DNA of 64,000 bases. It comes from an uncultured virus (IMG/VR IMGVR_UViG_3300034198_015519). Its lineage: Duplodnaviria; Heunggongvirae; Uroviricota; Caudoviricetes. Where the stretch lies: positions 1 through 64,000 of the IMG/VR virus record IMGVR_UViG_3300034198_015519; one strand, 5' to 3'. Positions 28,908-40,400 of the stretch are shown piece after piece (position 1 is the stretch's first letter; each line of letters starts with the position of its first letter). Under the pieces are notes generated by a model. It searched no databases. It was not told the origin of the DNA and saw nothing but the letters and a program-made list of their open reading frames with translations. Position numbers and translations under genes: made by a program.

Positions 28908-31000
28908 TGGATAAATTAATAAGTGAAGACATATTAAAACAAATTAGATTAATCAGTTATGAGAGATCTAAGACATTATCTGAACAATCTGTTATTGGTG
29001 CACCAAACTTCGGCACAACACCTGGTAAAAGCGATGCAGAGATAAAGGCTGATAGGGAAAAAAGAGAAACTGAAAAAAAAATAGAACAGAATTGTAAAGC
29101 ACTTTTAAATGCACCACTTACTAAAGATTTTGAAAAAACAGCAAAGAAAGTATTTTTAATCTTAAAAGGACAAATCGATACTAATGGGACTAAAGAAGAT
29201 ATTATCTTAGACGCCTTAAAATTAATAAAATCAAAAGAAGCCTACGTAATATTACTTGTTTTTATATATGGGTGTTACCCACAAGAACAAGGTAAAACCG
29301 TTCTACAATTTATACAAGGTCAGGAATTTTCATTAGGTTCTTGGGGGTCCGAGTGGAAAAGAAACTCACCAACAGGTCTTGGTCAAGAAATGCAATGGCA
29401 ATTTAATGATTATTGGTTGGAGGAGTACCAAAAGGTGTTACAAAAATTTAATCCTAATGAGACTTACGATTTTGAGGTCCCTTTCGACTCAACAGCTAAA
29501 GAAATCCTTCCACCTTTTACAAGAGAAGTGGCACATATTGTTTTACCTCTTGTGTCTATTGCGACATCATTTATACCTGGTGTGGGTATTGGGACGTGGT
29601 TACTTAGGTCGGCATTATCATTTGGTATTGAGTCTTTGGATGCTGCGATTTACAAATATGCTGACGAAAATGATTACGCGGCTGGATTGGCATTAATATT
29701 TGCATTTGCGGGTCCTTTAGACAGTGGTTTGGAAATGTTAGTTGCTAAATATGGACCATCATTAATCAAAAAAATCGCACTAAAACAAACTAACTTTAGT
29801 AAAGGTGAACTTGAGTTAGCAGCAAATGTTACCGCTAACGGAGGTAAGTACACTAGACTTTCTAAGATAGGTATGGCTAGACAGTTTACCAAACAATTAA
29901 TAAGTAAATCTGCAAAATCTAGCGATATTTTAAAGTTCATATTAAAATTAATAAAAACGGGACGATTAAGTGCCAATTTTACCACAAGGTTAGGTTTACA
30001 AATTGGTGGTTCATTTTATACATGGGATGCAATTGCTAAACATATGGGTATATGTAATACGATACCTTTAGAAGCGTTAACTCAGTCTGATTGGAAAATA
30101 TTAAAAGCGGTTGGGGAGGCAGGTAAGTATGTACAACCATTCACCAGTCCTTGTGAAATTGCCGCAGTAAAAGACAAATTAGAATCAGTTAAGACAGACA
30201 ACTCGTTATTTATTCAACAGTTACGAAAAGCAAAAAACGAAAATAAATCATATAGTACTAAATATGGTTATTACAATACGGACGTATTGATAATCCAATT
30301 TATCTTAATTGCTGCAAAATTAGACACAAACTTAAAAGTTCCTAATTATAATATTAAAAATAACGTATTAACTATTAATAATTCTGAAAATATTAATAAT
30401 ATTTCATTGTATACGTCAACAGGTAAATTAATTAAAACCATAAGTAATAGTAATAACTCAAAAGTTCTTACATATAATTTTGGTAATTTAAAAAGTGTTG
30501 TAATAATGAGAGTTACTATGTTTGACCAAACAACACATAATGTTAAATTATTTGTTGGTAAAGATATTACAAAATCAGGAGCATTTGGTTTTGGAAAAAT
30601 AGGGTCAGTAAACTACGGTACCTTCGATAAAGCAACTGAAGAACTTGTTAAGTTATATCAAAAACAAAACGGTTTAAAAGTAGACGGTGTCGTTGGTTCA
30701 GATACACTTACCCAATTAATAAATGATTTGAAAAGTAAAAAATACGGCACAATTAAAAATATTACAGGTGAAAACTTTGATGAATTAAGGATTGCTGAAG
30801 TTAAGTCTGCATATGATAAATACCTAAAAGAAAAAGATAAATTATTATTAGACGAAAAATTAGTTGAGGATGCTCTTGAACAAGATAAAACGAATAGAGA
30901 TAAACTAGTTAAAGACGTAACTAATAGTTTAAAAAATACTGATGATATGTCAGAGGAAGAATTTAATGAAATATTTGGTAAGTACAAAATGACGTACTAA
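28907..31000 (+). CDS. Large leader-bearing protein with hydrophobic helices and a PG-binding domain
   Basis: Leader ends in LSEQ; YQKQNGLKVDGVVGSDT. Confidence 0.75.
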   Translation: MDKLISEDILKQIRLISYERSKTLSEQSVIGAPNFGTTPGKSDAEIKADREKRETEKKIEQNCKALLNAPLTKDFEKTAKKVFLILKGQIDTNGTKEDIILDALKLIKSKEAYVILLVFIYGCYPQEQGKTVLQFIQGQEFSLGSWGSEWKRNSPTGLGQEMQWQFNDYWLEEYQKVLQKFNPNETYDFEVPFDSTAKEILPPFTREVAHIVLPLVSIATSFIPGVGIGTWLLRSALSFGIESLDAAIYKYADENDYAAGLALIFAFAGPLDSGLEMLVAKYGPSLIKKIALKQTNFSKGELELAANVTANGGKYTRLSKIGMARQFTKQLISKSAKSSDILKFILKLIKTGRLSANFTTRLGLQIGGSFYTWDAIAKHMGICNTIPLEALTQSDWKILKAVGEAGKYVQPFTSPCEIAAVKDKLESVKTDNSLFIQQLRKAKNENKSYSTKYGYYNTDVLIIQFILIAAKLDTNLKVPNYNIKNNVLTINNSENINNISLYTSTGKLIKTISNSNNSKVLTYNFGNLKSVVIMRVTMFDQTTHNVKLFVGKDITKSGAFGFGKIGSVNYGTFDKATEELVKLYQKQNGLKVDGVVGSDTLTQLINDLKSKKYGTIKNITGENFDELRIAEVKSAYDKYLKEKDKLLLDEKLVEDALEQDKTNRDKLVKDVTNSLKNTDDMSEEEFNEIFGKYKMTY

Positions 31001-31026
31001 CTAAAGTAGTTTATATTTATATTAAA

Positions 31027-33573
31027 ATGCAAAAGATGAAAAAATCTAATATATTAAATGAGGTCGCTAGAATACAAGATTTAATGGGGGTTAAACCTAT
31101 TATCTCTGAACAAGGTCTTATGGTTAATTTAATTAAAAATTTAATAAAAACCACGGCTTCAAGTGTAGATAATGTGTTCGATGATGCTGCAGATATATTA
31201 GTAGCCCAAGGTAAAATGACTAGACAAGAAGCTGACGATGCTATCAGAACTTTAAAGTCAAACAGTGATTTAATGAGTTCGATTAGAACTAAATATACTA
31301 AGACTAATTTTGATAATAACGTAATTCAGTTAGCTGATGATTTGGCAATTAGTAGAAAAATAGATGACATTGTGGCGAATAGCGGACAGCCAAATGTTGC
31401 TAAATTTGTGGAAGCAATGAAAACGATTCCTGAGGCTCAAATACAAAAATTAACACAGGGAGTTATCAGTAAAATGTTTAAGGAAGGTTCATTACCGAAC
31501 GCTCAAAGAGGTTATGATGCGGTTTTAGCTTTTTGGAAGTCTCAATTAGAGAATAATTTTAGAAATCCTAATGTAATTCTGAATTTAACCGATTTTAATA
31601 ACTCACAAATAATGTGGGCGTACGATTACTGTACAAAGGCGTTAGGGAGACAAGGTACGAACTTCACTGACGACATGGCTAAAGAATTTATAGACTTTTT
31701 TGATGGTAGATTTAAGAATGAACCTGAGATTAAAAGTCTAATTGAGCAATTTAGAAGTTCAGGTAGAATAGATGATGCTGCGGGAGTTATTACACCACCG
31801 AAGTTACGTGAACCATTAGACTTACCTCAACAACTTTCTGATACAGGAAGTAAAAAGAATCCATTTAAAGAATACGATAAAAGTTTAAGAGATTTTGGTA
31901 AAGACATACAACAAATTTCAAAAAAATATAATTGGTTTGATAAATTTTATATAAATGTTTATCGACCTCTTTATAGATGGTGGATTGCCGCGTTTGAGGC
32001 TCAAGTATATAAATTACAGAATTTAATAAAAACTGGTGATTTAACCCCGACGTTTAATTTTTATTCCAACAAATTCCAAGATGCAGTCAATACAGGTTTT
32101 GGTCAATTTGTTAATTCAGGTGGTAAAGCCAATAAAACATATATTAGAGAAATTAAAGATAAGTTAGTTAAACTTAAAAACTCATCAACACCTCTTAGTC
32201 CTAAGACAGGGTTTGAAATGAGTTTAAAAGAACTATGGGAACTTTTTGTTAAAAATGCGGAAACAAAATTAACTGGTGTTGAACTAGAACAATTTAAATT
32301 ATTTGTTAAGGCAATTGAAGACCAGGAGTCAACTTATTTTTATTCATCGATAGATGAGTTATTTAATGCAGGTGCAAAGGCAACAGGAACAAAAACACCT
32401 AAAGATGTATATGCTAGTATTAAAGAAACTGAAGCCACAATCGCACCAAAATTGGACAATGTTACAAATTCAACATTTGAATCAATTTTAAAAAATACTT
32501 TGAAAAATAGAGATAGGCTTTTCTCTTTATTTGTTAGTGGTACTTTTAGAACACCTAAAGATGTTGAAAGGTATTTAGTGACTAAAGGATTTACTAGTGC
32601 GTCGACCGCTAAATACGTTTCTGGTGTTATGTTTATATCTTATGTTTTATTACCTACGGCTGCGGGTCTTATGGAAGCAGCTTACGACGGTTTTATAAAA
32701 AGTAAGGGTCTAAAAGGAGACAAGGTTTATTCTGACAACCCATTACTTAATGTTTTAGGTGAATATGTTGGACCGAGAGTCTTAGACCATATAATGGGTA
32801 AGGGAGTCATTTCTTTAGTTACTGGAATTGGTGGATCCGACGAATGGTGGGAAGCGGCACTATTAGCCCAACCAGGGTTAGCCGATGACACGATTTACGA
32901 TTTAATAACTCTATGGGGTTATACTAATAAAAGTGATGGTGAGACAAAAGAGGAAATGGCTACTCGTATCGCCAATGAAAAAACAACAGATAGTATAAAC
33001 AAAGATTTGGAAGAGGACTATAACCAAGCAAAATTAAAAGATGAGAGATTAAAAAAGAGGGGGTTGCAACCGGTTTTTGTTAATAAAATTGAGAATAATG
33101 ATTTAAATAACATGACGTTATTTAAAAACAGAATAGACGGCTTGGTAACTAGTGGAGATATCACAGAAGATGATGCGGTATTCCTTAAAAATAGTTTAAA
33201 ATACATACCTAAGGTACCTAAAGATTTTTTAGAATTAGTAAGAGAAAAACAAAAAGAATTGACTAGAATGGGTACGGAAGGTTTAACTCAATTAAATAGT
33301 TTAGACCAATTATATGGTAAATTAGATAGTGGCGTAAACGAAAACAACATACCAAAAAGTGATGTTGGGTCAATAGTGTTAACATCTAAAGATGGGGATT
33401 ATTTAGTTTTAATTGCATTAACAAAATACCCATCAACCACAAGTGCGGTATTAGAAACTATAAAAGACAATGGAGAAATTGTTTGGGTAACACCTAAGTT
33501 CTCAGATTTAAATACAAATACAGATAGAGAATATAATAACCTTTCAACATTTGTTGAAAAATATAAAAAATAA
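31027..33573 (+). CDS. Large helical leader-bearing protein
   Basis: ILNEVARIQDLMGVKPIISEQ leader; one hydrophobic segment. Confidence 0.8.
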   Translation: MQKMKKSNILNEVARIQDLMGVKPIISEQGLMVNLIKNLIKTTASSVDNVFDDAADILVAQGKMTRQEADDAIRTLKSNSDLMSSIRTKYTKTNFDNNVIQLADDLAISRKIDDIVANSGQPNVAKFVEAMKTIPEAQIQKLTQGVISKMFKEGSLPNAQRGYDAVLAFWKSQLENNFRNPNVILNLTDFNNSQIMWAYDYCTKALGRQGTNFTDDMAKEFIDFFDGRFKNEPEIKSLIEQFRSSGRIDDAAGVITPPKLREPLDLPQQLSDTGSKKNPFKEYDKSLRDFGKDIQQISKKYNWFDKFYINVYRPLYRWWIAAFEAQVYKLQNLIKTGDLTPTFNFYSNKFQDAVNTGFGQFVNSGGKANKTYIREIKDKLVKLKNSSTPLSPKTGFEMSLKELWELFVKNAETKLTGVELEQFKLFVKAIEDQESTYFYSSIDELFNAGAKATGTKTPKDVYASIKETEATIAPKLDNVTNSTFESILKNTLKNRDRLFSLFVSGTFRTPKDVERYLVTKGFTSASTAKYVSGVMFISYVLLPTAAGLMEAAYDGFIKSKGLKGDKVYSDNPLLNVLGEYVGPRVLDHIMGKGVISLVTGIGGSDEWWEAALLAQPGLADDTIYDLITLWGYTNKSDGETKEEMATRIANEKTTDSINKDLEEDYNQAKLKDERLKKRGLQPVFVNKIENNDLNNMTLFKNRIDGLVTSGDITEDDAVFLKNSLKYIPKVPKDFLELVREKQKELTRMGTEGLTQLNSLDQLYGKLDSGVNENNIPKSDVGSIVLTSKDGDYLVLIALTKYPSTTSAVLETIKDNGEIVWVTPKFSDLNTNTDREYNNLSTFVEKYKK

Positions 33574-33578
33574 CAGAT

Positions 33579-34439
33579 ATGAGTAAAAGATTCGACGAAG
33601 ATAACTATAAGCACTGGAAGGATACTTTCAAGTTTCAATCATACAATGATGAAACTGCAGAATACAAAGATGTTAAAATTAACATGGAAGATGTAATGGA
33701 CAGAATTGACCATTACAGAAAAAAATATGATGAAGATGATGCTTTTGTTCGTGCGGTAATCGACACCCATGAAGACGTTGTTAAAATTATGTTCACTAAA
33801 GATTTAGCCCATCTAACAGAATCTATTACTGTCGATGGATTGGCGAAAGTTTTACAGTCACTTAGAGAAGGTAGAGGAGAGATGGAAATATGGTCCGTAG
33901 CTCGTCCTGCCGATGGTAACTGGTTTTTAGTTAAGGGTACTTTTAGTAAAAAAGAACTTGCTAATATGAATCTAACTAAAAAAGTTCCCGCTGATAAAGA
34001 ACCTGAAACTAAAGAAAATCCTGAAACAGGATTAAAAAAAAAAGAGGAAACCGCAGTCCAAAAACTGAAGACAAATGAGGTTTTAGGTTTAGAAAACTTA
34101 CCAGTAAAAATTAAAAGTAAGGTTAGAGAAAAGATGACACAAGGATGGTCACCTGAAACCCCGTACCCGTTTTTTAAGGATTTTTACACAGAAAGCGAAA
34201 TAAACTCCGTTTTTAACGATAAGATTATAATCTATAAATTAAAACCAACTAAAGAGTTTTTTGATTCTTTGGTTGATAACTCACCTAAAGTAAGTCTACA
34301 AAGAGGTTTTTGTCGTTCGATTTATTTGGCTAAATCTGATTCTGATATTTCTGACGACCACCAAAATATTGTTGATTATGTTTTGGATAAATGTGAAAAA
34401 AAATATAAAGGTAAGTTAGGGATTTACAATAGATTCTAA
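33579..34439 (+). CDS. Hypothetical protein
   Basis: 286-aa ORF. Confidence 0.75.
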   Translation: MSKRFDEDNYKHWKDTFKFQSYNDETAEYKDVKINMEDVMDRIDHYRKKYDEDDAFVRAVIDTHEDVVKIMFTKDLAHLTESITVDGLAKVLQSLREGRGEMEIWSVARPADGNWFLVKGTFSKKELANMNLTKKVPADKEPETKENPETGLKKKEETAVQKLKTNEVLGLENLPVKIKSKVREKMTQGWSPETPYPFFKDFYTESEINSVFNDKIIIYKLKPTKEFFDSLVDNSPKVSLQRGFCRSIYLAKSDSDISDDHQNIVDYVLDKCEKKYKGKLGIYNRF

Positions 34440-34471
34440 AATTAATACTTATCCAAACTATTTATCAGAAA

Positions 34472-36244
34472 ATGAAAAAACTATTCAATTTAACTGAGGA
34501 GGAAAAAAAACATATACGATCAAGATATAATCTTGTCACTGAAAGTGTTGATCCTAATGTTGCGGAGGAATTAGAAAAATACCGAAGTACATGGAAAGGA
34601 TGTGGTGGTAATGGGTCTTATGTTAATCTAAAAAAGTTTGGTACCTTAAGTGAAATTCCTGAATTTGGTTGGGCAACTTTTGCCGGAAACGTAGATGGTT
34701 ATAATGTCACAGTTAATGGTTGTTTTGATAAGTTTAAAATGATTGAGACTGACACTGGTGAAACCGGAGATAGGGGTGATTTCAAGGGTAGTTATTATAG
34801 TGAAATACCTCCACTTACAATACCAAGATACTTCAAAGGTGACGAGGAAAAGGGAAATAAGTTTATGAAAGGTACCTTAACAAATGCTAAAGGGTATTTT
34901 GTTAGTCTTCCCGATGATTGGGTTTATCAGGGTGAATTTATTGACGGTATGATTGGAGGTCAAGGGCAAGTCTATTCCAAATCTATGGGTATGGGTTATA
35001 AAGGTACGTTTTATAATGGGAACATACAAGGTAAAGGTGTTATAACATTTACTAAAACAGGTTTAGTTTTAAAGGGTGAATTTAAGCAAACGGCATTAGG
35101 TGTTATTAGTGTAACATTAGAAAGTGGCGAGAAAATAGATAACGTAATTGAATACAATAAAACAAAATCAGGAAACAAAACTGAAGTAGATACTGACACG
35201 TCTTTAGGGATTAAAAAAGGCGGAAATGTCATTGGTACAACATATTACGAATCAACCATAGAATTTGATGGTAAGACTAAAGAATTTTCTGGGGTGTTAC
35301 CAAAGGCATTTATACAAATTATAAGTAAAGAAAACAGTAAACAGTTTTTTGAAACATTCTCAGATAACCAAGGGGAGTTTACTTTTGATGATGTAATTTA
35401 TGGGAAGTACTCATTGTTTGCCTTTTATGGTGATACCGATGACCAAGCATATACTTTTAAAATTGATGAGTTTGAGGTTAATGGACCGAATACTAAATTA
35501 AATTTAACATTAAATCCTAATAAAACCCTTAAAGGTAGTGAAACAGAAACTATTGAATTTAATAGTATGAATATTGCCGATAAAAAATATAACAATGCTT
35601 GGTACTATAATATGTTTGTTAATGGTATTAAAAATAGTGAGTATAATAAAACTATTAGTGATTTATTAAGTGGAAGATTAGAACAAATGAAAGGTAAAGT
35701 TAGTATGGAAGAATTCTGTACTGACCAATTCGTTGACTATGGTAAAGACCTAGTAAAATTACACCAAGACGAATTAAAAAGTGAAATACTAAAAACGAGA
35801 TCACAATTAGAACCGACTAAAAAAAGTTTGGAATATTGTTGGTCTAAATTTAAAGACGATAAGAAGTTTGTTAGAAAAATAGGTAAAGAAAATATTCTAC
35901 TTATGCGTAATCCAAACGGACGTTTGTTAAATTATCAACTTAATTTGAATGAAGAATTAAATAATCAAGATATTTATAATAAAAAACTTATGGGACTATC
36001 AACTACAATAAAAAAAGTTGTGTTAGAACATAACCAAAAGAAATCACAAAATTTAAGTGAGTCTTTAATCATCAACAATAGATTTAATTTTATTTTAGAA
36101 GGTTTCGACACATCAAAAAAATCAGATAAAAAAATATTGGAAAATTACTTACGAGATGAGAAAGAATCTTTGGTGAGTAATGGGTATAATAGACATTTAG
36201 TTTCAAATTCATTTCATGAGATAATGACAAAATTAAAAAATTAA
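34472..36244 (+). CDS. Leader-bearing MORN-repeat and Ig-like protein
   Basis: YQGEFIDGMIGGQG and YKGTFYNGNIQGKG MORN repeats; SDNQGEFTF...YGKYSL. Confidence 0.75.
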   Translation: MKKLFNLTEEEKKHIRSRYNLVTESVDPNVAEELEKYRSTWKGCGGNGSYVNLKKFGTLSEIPEFGWATFAGNVDGYNVTVNGCFDKFKMIETDTGETGDRGDFKGSYYSEIPPLTIPRYFKGDEEKGNKFMKGTLTNAKGYFVSLPDDWVYQGEFIDGMIGGQGQVYSKSMGMGYKGTFYNGNIQGKGVITFTKTGLVLKGEFKQTALGVISVTLESGEKIDNVIEYNKTKSGNKTEVDTDTSLGIKKGGNVIGTTYYESTIEFDGKTKEFSGVLPKAFIQIISKENSKQFFETFSDNQGEFTFDDVIYGKYSLFAFYGDTDDQAYTFKIDEFEVNGPNTKLNLTLNPNKTLKGSETETIEFNSMNIADKKYNNAWYYNMFVNGIKNSEYNKTISDLLSGRLEQMKGKVSMEEFCTDQFVDYGKDLVKLHQDELKSEILKTRSQLEPTKKSLEYCWSKFKDDKKFVRKIGKENILLMRNPNGRLLNYQLNLNEELNNQDIYNKKLMGLSTTIKKVVLEHNQKKSQNLSESLIINNRFNFILEGFDTSKKSDKKILENYLRDEKESLVSNGYNRHLVSNSFHEIMTKLKN

Positions 36245-36399
36245 AGATATCCGTTTTGTTGTTGTCGGATAATACAATAACAATCTGAAAACAAAAGTAG
36301 TATTGAGTTTTCATAAACCTTTAAAGAAAGGGGGGTGTTCTAGAATCTAAGAAAGGTGTTCTTTACGGACACCTTTTCTTTTTGGAAGTATTTATCTGT

Positions 36400-37479
36400 A
36401 TGGAATTTTTTATTCGCAAGAAAAGTACGCTACCCTATCTCGAAATAGACTTAATTAAAGACGGAAAATTAGATTACAATTACGTTTATAGTGATTTAAC
36501 GGGGGCTACCATATATTTTTCTATGATTAATGTTGATACGGGGATATATCGTATCGCAAGTGCTCCTTGTATATACTCATTGGAGAATAATTCAATATAT
36601 TATCAGTTTAGCGAAAAAAATACATTAAAAGTTGGAAGATTTAAAGGTGAGTTTAGTATTGAGACTTCTCAGGGTTCGGTGATTTTACCTTTAAGGGATG
36701 AATTGTTTATAACAATTTTAGAATCCTTTGTTGATAATTCTTTATGTTGTGGATCAGGAAGAAGTCCATTACCAATACCAATCCCTAACCCAACACCTAC
36801 TCCAACCGCATCGGCAACACCAAGACCTACAGCCACTCCAACACCAACACCGACTACAAGTCCAACACCAACACCGACTACAAGTCCAACACCAACCCCA
36901 ACACCAACTCCGTTCGTGAACAATTTTGCATATTTATTCATCGAACCATTAAGTGGTTCAGAAGATATTGGTACTTGGATGTATGATGAAGGATCGAATT
37001 TCTTCGGATTCTCTAACTCTTCTCAACCGGCTCAAGACCAAACACAATTTAATATTGATATGAACTTGTATGTTGATTATGCAGGATGGACTAATAATGA
37101 ATTCCCTGAGATTATCACACAAACAGTTCCTCAAGTATCTGGAGGAGTTGACGATTATGGTAACCCAATTAATGCTTACAACTTCTTAACAACTCAGGTT
37201 TCTGCAAATACAGTTAGTGGTCAAGCATGGTACACTTGGATGATACCATTAATTGCAACTAATGGCGAAACTCAAGTTAAAATAGATATTAGTACTAACG
37301 GTGACCCTAACGTGTTAACTGAAGTTAATACTGAGTCAACAATTTACTCTTACACATTCACGTACACAGGGTCAACAATTCCTTCTGGTACGTATAAAGT
37401 TTATACAACATTCCCTTATCAGATATTCAAAATATTAAATACAAATGCTATTTATTTCAGAGGTAATGATACACAATAA
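36400..37479 (+). CDS. Putative structural protein: BppU-like N-terminal domain, Pro-Thr linker, beta-rich C-terminal domain
   Basis: [10 protein letters not shown]...[11 protein letters not shown]...YQF...T...G.F.GEF.I; (PT)n linker; ATG at 36400 after TATTTAT. Confidence 0.65.
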   Translation: MEFFIRKKSTLPYLEIDLIKDGKLDYNYVYSDLTGATIYFSMINVDTGIYRIASAPCIYSLENNSIYYQFSEKNTLKVGRFKGEFSIETSQGSVILPLRDELFITILESFVDNSLCCGSGRSPLPIPIPNPTPTPTASATPRPTATPTPTPTTSPTPTPTTSPTPTPTPTPFVNNFAYLFIEPLSGSEDIGTWMYDEGSNFFGFSNSSQPAQDQTQFNIDMNLYVDYAGWTNNEFPEIITQTVPQVSGGVDDYGNPINAYNFLTTQVSANTVSGQAWYTWMIPLIATNGETQVKIDISTNGDPNVLTEVNTESTIYSYTFTYTGSTIPSGTYKVYTTFPYQIFKILNTNAIYFRGNDTQ

Positions 37480-37494
37480 TAAAATTAACAGACT

Positions 37495-40400
37495 ATGTCA
37501 GGAATATATAAAAATCCAATAACCCCCATTAACGTATTAGGTGCTCCTTCGGTTTTACGAACAAGCACTTACGGCACTAATATTAGTGTGTTGGGTGTTG
37601 GTGGTTTTATGGAGGTGTATAATTTATCTGATTTATTCTTCACTGTCCCTTCAGGAACTACGGGATATATTGAGAACTCAGGTAATACAATTCCAATACA
37701 ATTACAAGTTGGTTCCGGTAGTATATTTTCACCTAATGTTATAACTTTAGGTTCTGATAATATTTCTTCAGGTAGAAGAAGATTAGGTATGCTTGCCTAT
37801 GTTCATGAAACTGATTGTGTATACCAATTTCATTTACAAAATTATCAAACCGTTTGGAATAATGCCGTTGCAGCATCGGGTCCTGGTGGACCAAGTGTAG
37901 TTTTTTCTGATTTTGGTACTACCGTTAAAAGTAATAGTGTTGCAGGAGCCGCATTCGTTAATATGTGGACGGGTAATACAATTGAAGGTTACAACGGAGG
38001 TGACGAAACCTCGACTTGGAGAAAGTTTAGAACATGTGCGGGTTCAGGTACGGGTACAGGAATAAGTGGTTTTACTTATTTAAATAATACGTTCACAATA
38101 TTAGATGTTACCGGTGGTACATATAATGCCACAATAAATACCATGACCGGATTAACGGTTAATGGTACATTTTCAGCTACGACTTATTTAGGGTTACCTC
38201 CTGAAATATTCGTTACAGGTGGTACGTATAATCCAAATAACGGTGTTGCAACATTTACAAATAATACAGGTGGTACATTTAACGTAAACGGGTTTTTAAC
38301 GGGGTTTACAGACATTTACGTAACCGGCGGGACTTACTTCTCGGCAAGTAGTACTATCGAGTTATACAGAACAGATAACGGAGTTGTTTCAATTACTGGA
38401 ATAACTTCAAATGGGAGTAGTGGTTCATCAGGTTCTAGCGGAACGAGTGGGTCTAGTGGAAGTTCAGGTTCCTCAGGTTCAAGTGGTAGTTCAGGGACAT
38501 CTGGTTCATCAGGTAGTAGTGGTTCTTCAGGTTCCTCAGGGTCAAGTGGTAGTTCCGGAACGAGTGGTAATGCCGGTTCTAGCGGAAGTTCAGGTTTAAG
38601 TGGTGTCGATGGAACAAATGGTTCATCAGGGACAAGTGGGTCTTCGGGGTCTTCGGGGTCAAGTGGTTCATCAGGTAGTTCAGGCACATCAGGTTTAAGT
38701 GGTAGTTCAGGTTCGTCGGGATCAAGCGGGTCTGCAGGTTCAAGCGGTACCTCAGGAACATCAGGAACGTCAGGAAGTTCAGGTTCTGCGGGTTCAAGCG
38801 GAAGTTCAGGTTCTGCGGGTTCAAGCGGGTTGAGTGGAAGTTCAGGTTCGTCAGGATTAAGTGGAAGCTCAGGTTCATCAGGATCAAGTGGAACTTCAGG
38901 ATTAAGTGGAACATCGGGTTCTGCAGGTTCAAGTGGAAGTTCAGGTTCGTCAGGAACAAGCGGGTTGAGTGGAAGTTCAGGTTCGTCAGGATCAAGTGGA
39001 ACTTCAGGAACAAGCGGGACTTCAGGAACAAGCGGGACTTCAGGGTCGTCAGGTTCTACCGGTTCAAGTGGGTCTAGTGGAAATTCAGGTACTTCAGGGA
39101 GCTCAGGTTCAACAGGAACAAGTGGAACATCAGGTACTTCAGGGAGCTCAGGTTCAACAGGAACAAGTGGGACATCAGGGACATCAGGTTCTAGCGGTTC
39201 AAGTGGGTCTAGTGGAAATTCAGGTACTTCGGGGTCTAGTGGTTCAACAGGAACAAGTGGAACATCAGGGACATCAGGAACCTCAGGTTCAACCGGAAGC
39301 TCAGGTTCAAGTGGAAGCTCAGGATCATCAGGTTCATCAGGAACGAGTGGTATTAACGGGTCTTCTGGAACGAGTGGTAATAGTGGTACTAGTGGTACTA
39401 GTGGTTCATCAGGAACGAGTGGGACATCAGGTACGTCAGGATCTTCGGGTTCTTCAGGTTCTTCAGGTTCTTCAGGTTCTTCAGGAACAAGCGGTATTAA
39501 CGGGTCTTCTGGAACAAGTGGTACATCGGGTACAAGTGGAACAAGTGGTACATCGGGGTCTAGTGGGTCAACAGGGTCTAGCGGTACCTCAGGGACTTCA
39601 GGGTCTTCGGGTACGAGTGGGACTTCAGGTGCTAATGGTAGTTCAGGTACTAGCGGAACATCAGGTTCAAGTGGTTCTTCAGGTTCAACAGGAACAAGTG
39701 GAACGTCAGGTACATCAGGGTCTAGTGGTAGTTCAGGTTCTGCGGGTTCAAGCGGAAGTTCAGGTTCTGCGGGTTCAAGCGGTAATTCAGGCACATCGGG
39801 TACAAGTGGCACATCAGGTACTAGCGGGAGTGCGGGAACATCGGGTTCTGCAGGTTCAAGTGGTAGTAGTGGTAGTGCAGGAACATCAGGATCAAGTGGA
39901 AGTGCAGGTTCTGCGGGTTCAAGTGGTAGTAGTGGTAGCTCGGGTTCAAGTGGTAGTTCGGGATCAAGTGGTACGTCAGGTAGTAGTGGTACGTCAGGTA
40001 GTGCGGGATCAAGTGGGTCATCAGGTTTGTCAGGAACAAGTGGTTCGAGCGGAACATCAGGAACTAGCGGAACATCAGGAACTAGCGGAAGTTCAGGTTC
40101 TGCGGGTTCAAGCGGAAGTTCAGGTACATCAGGAACGAGCGGCACATCAGGAAGTTCAGGGTCGAGTGGTTCTTCAGGAAGTTCAGGATCGAGTGGTTCT
40201 TCAGGTAGTTCGGGGACATCGGGTAGTGGTGGATCTAGTGGGACATCAGGAACAAGTGGAACATCAGGTACTGCAGGAACTTCAGGAGTTAGTGGTTTAA
40301 ACGGAACCAACGGTTCGAGTGGGACATCAGGTTCTTCAGGAGCGTCAGGGTCATCGGGATCTAGTGGCACATCAGGGTCATCGGGCACTAGCGGAACGTC

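Noticed and set aside
36669..36941. Minus-strand (GV)n ORF
   Set aside because: Antisense shadow of the Pro-Thr linker.
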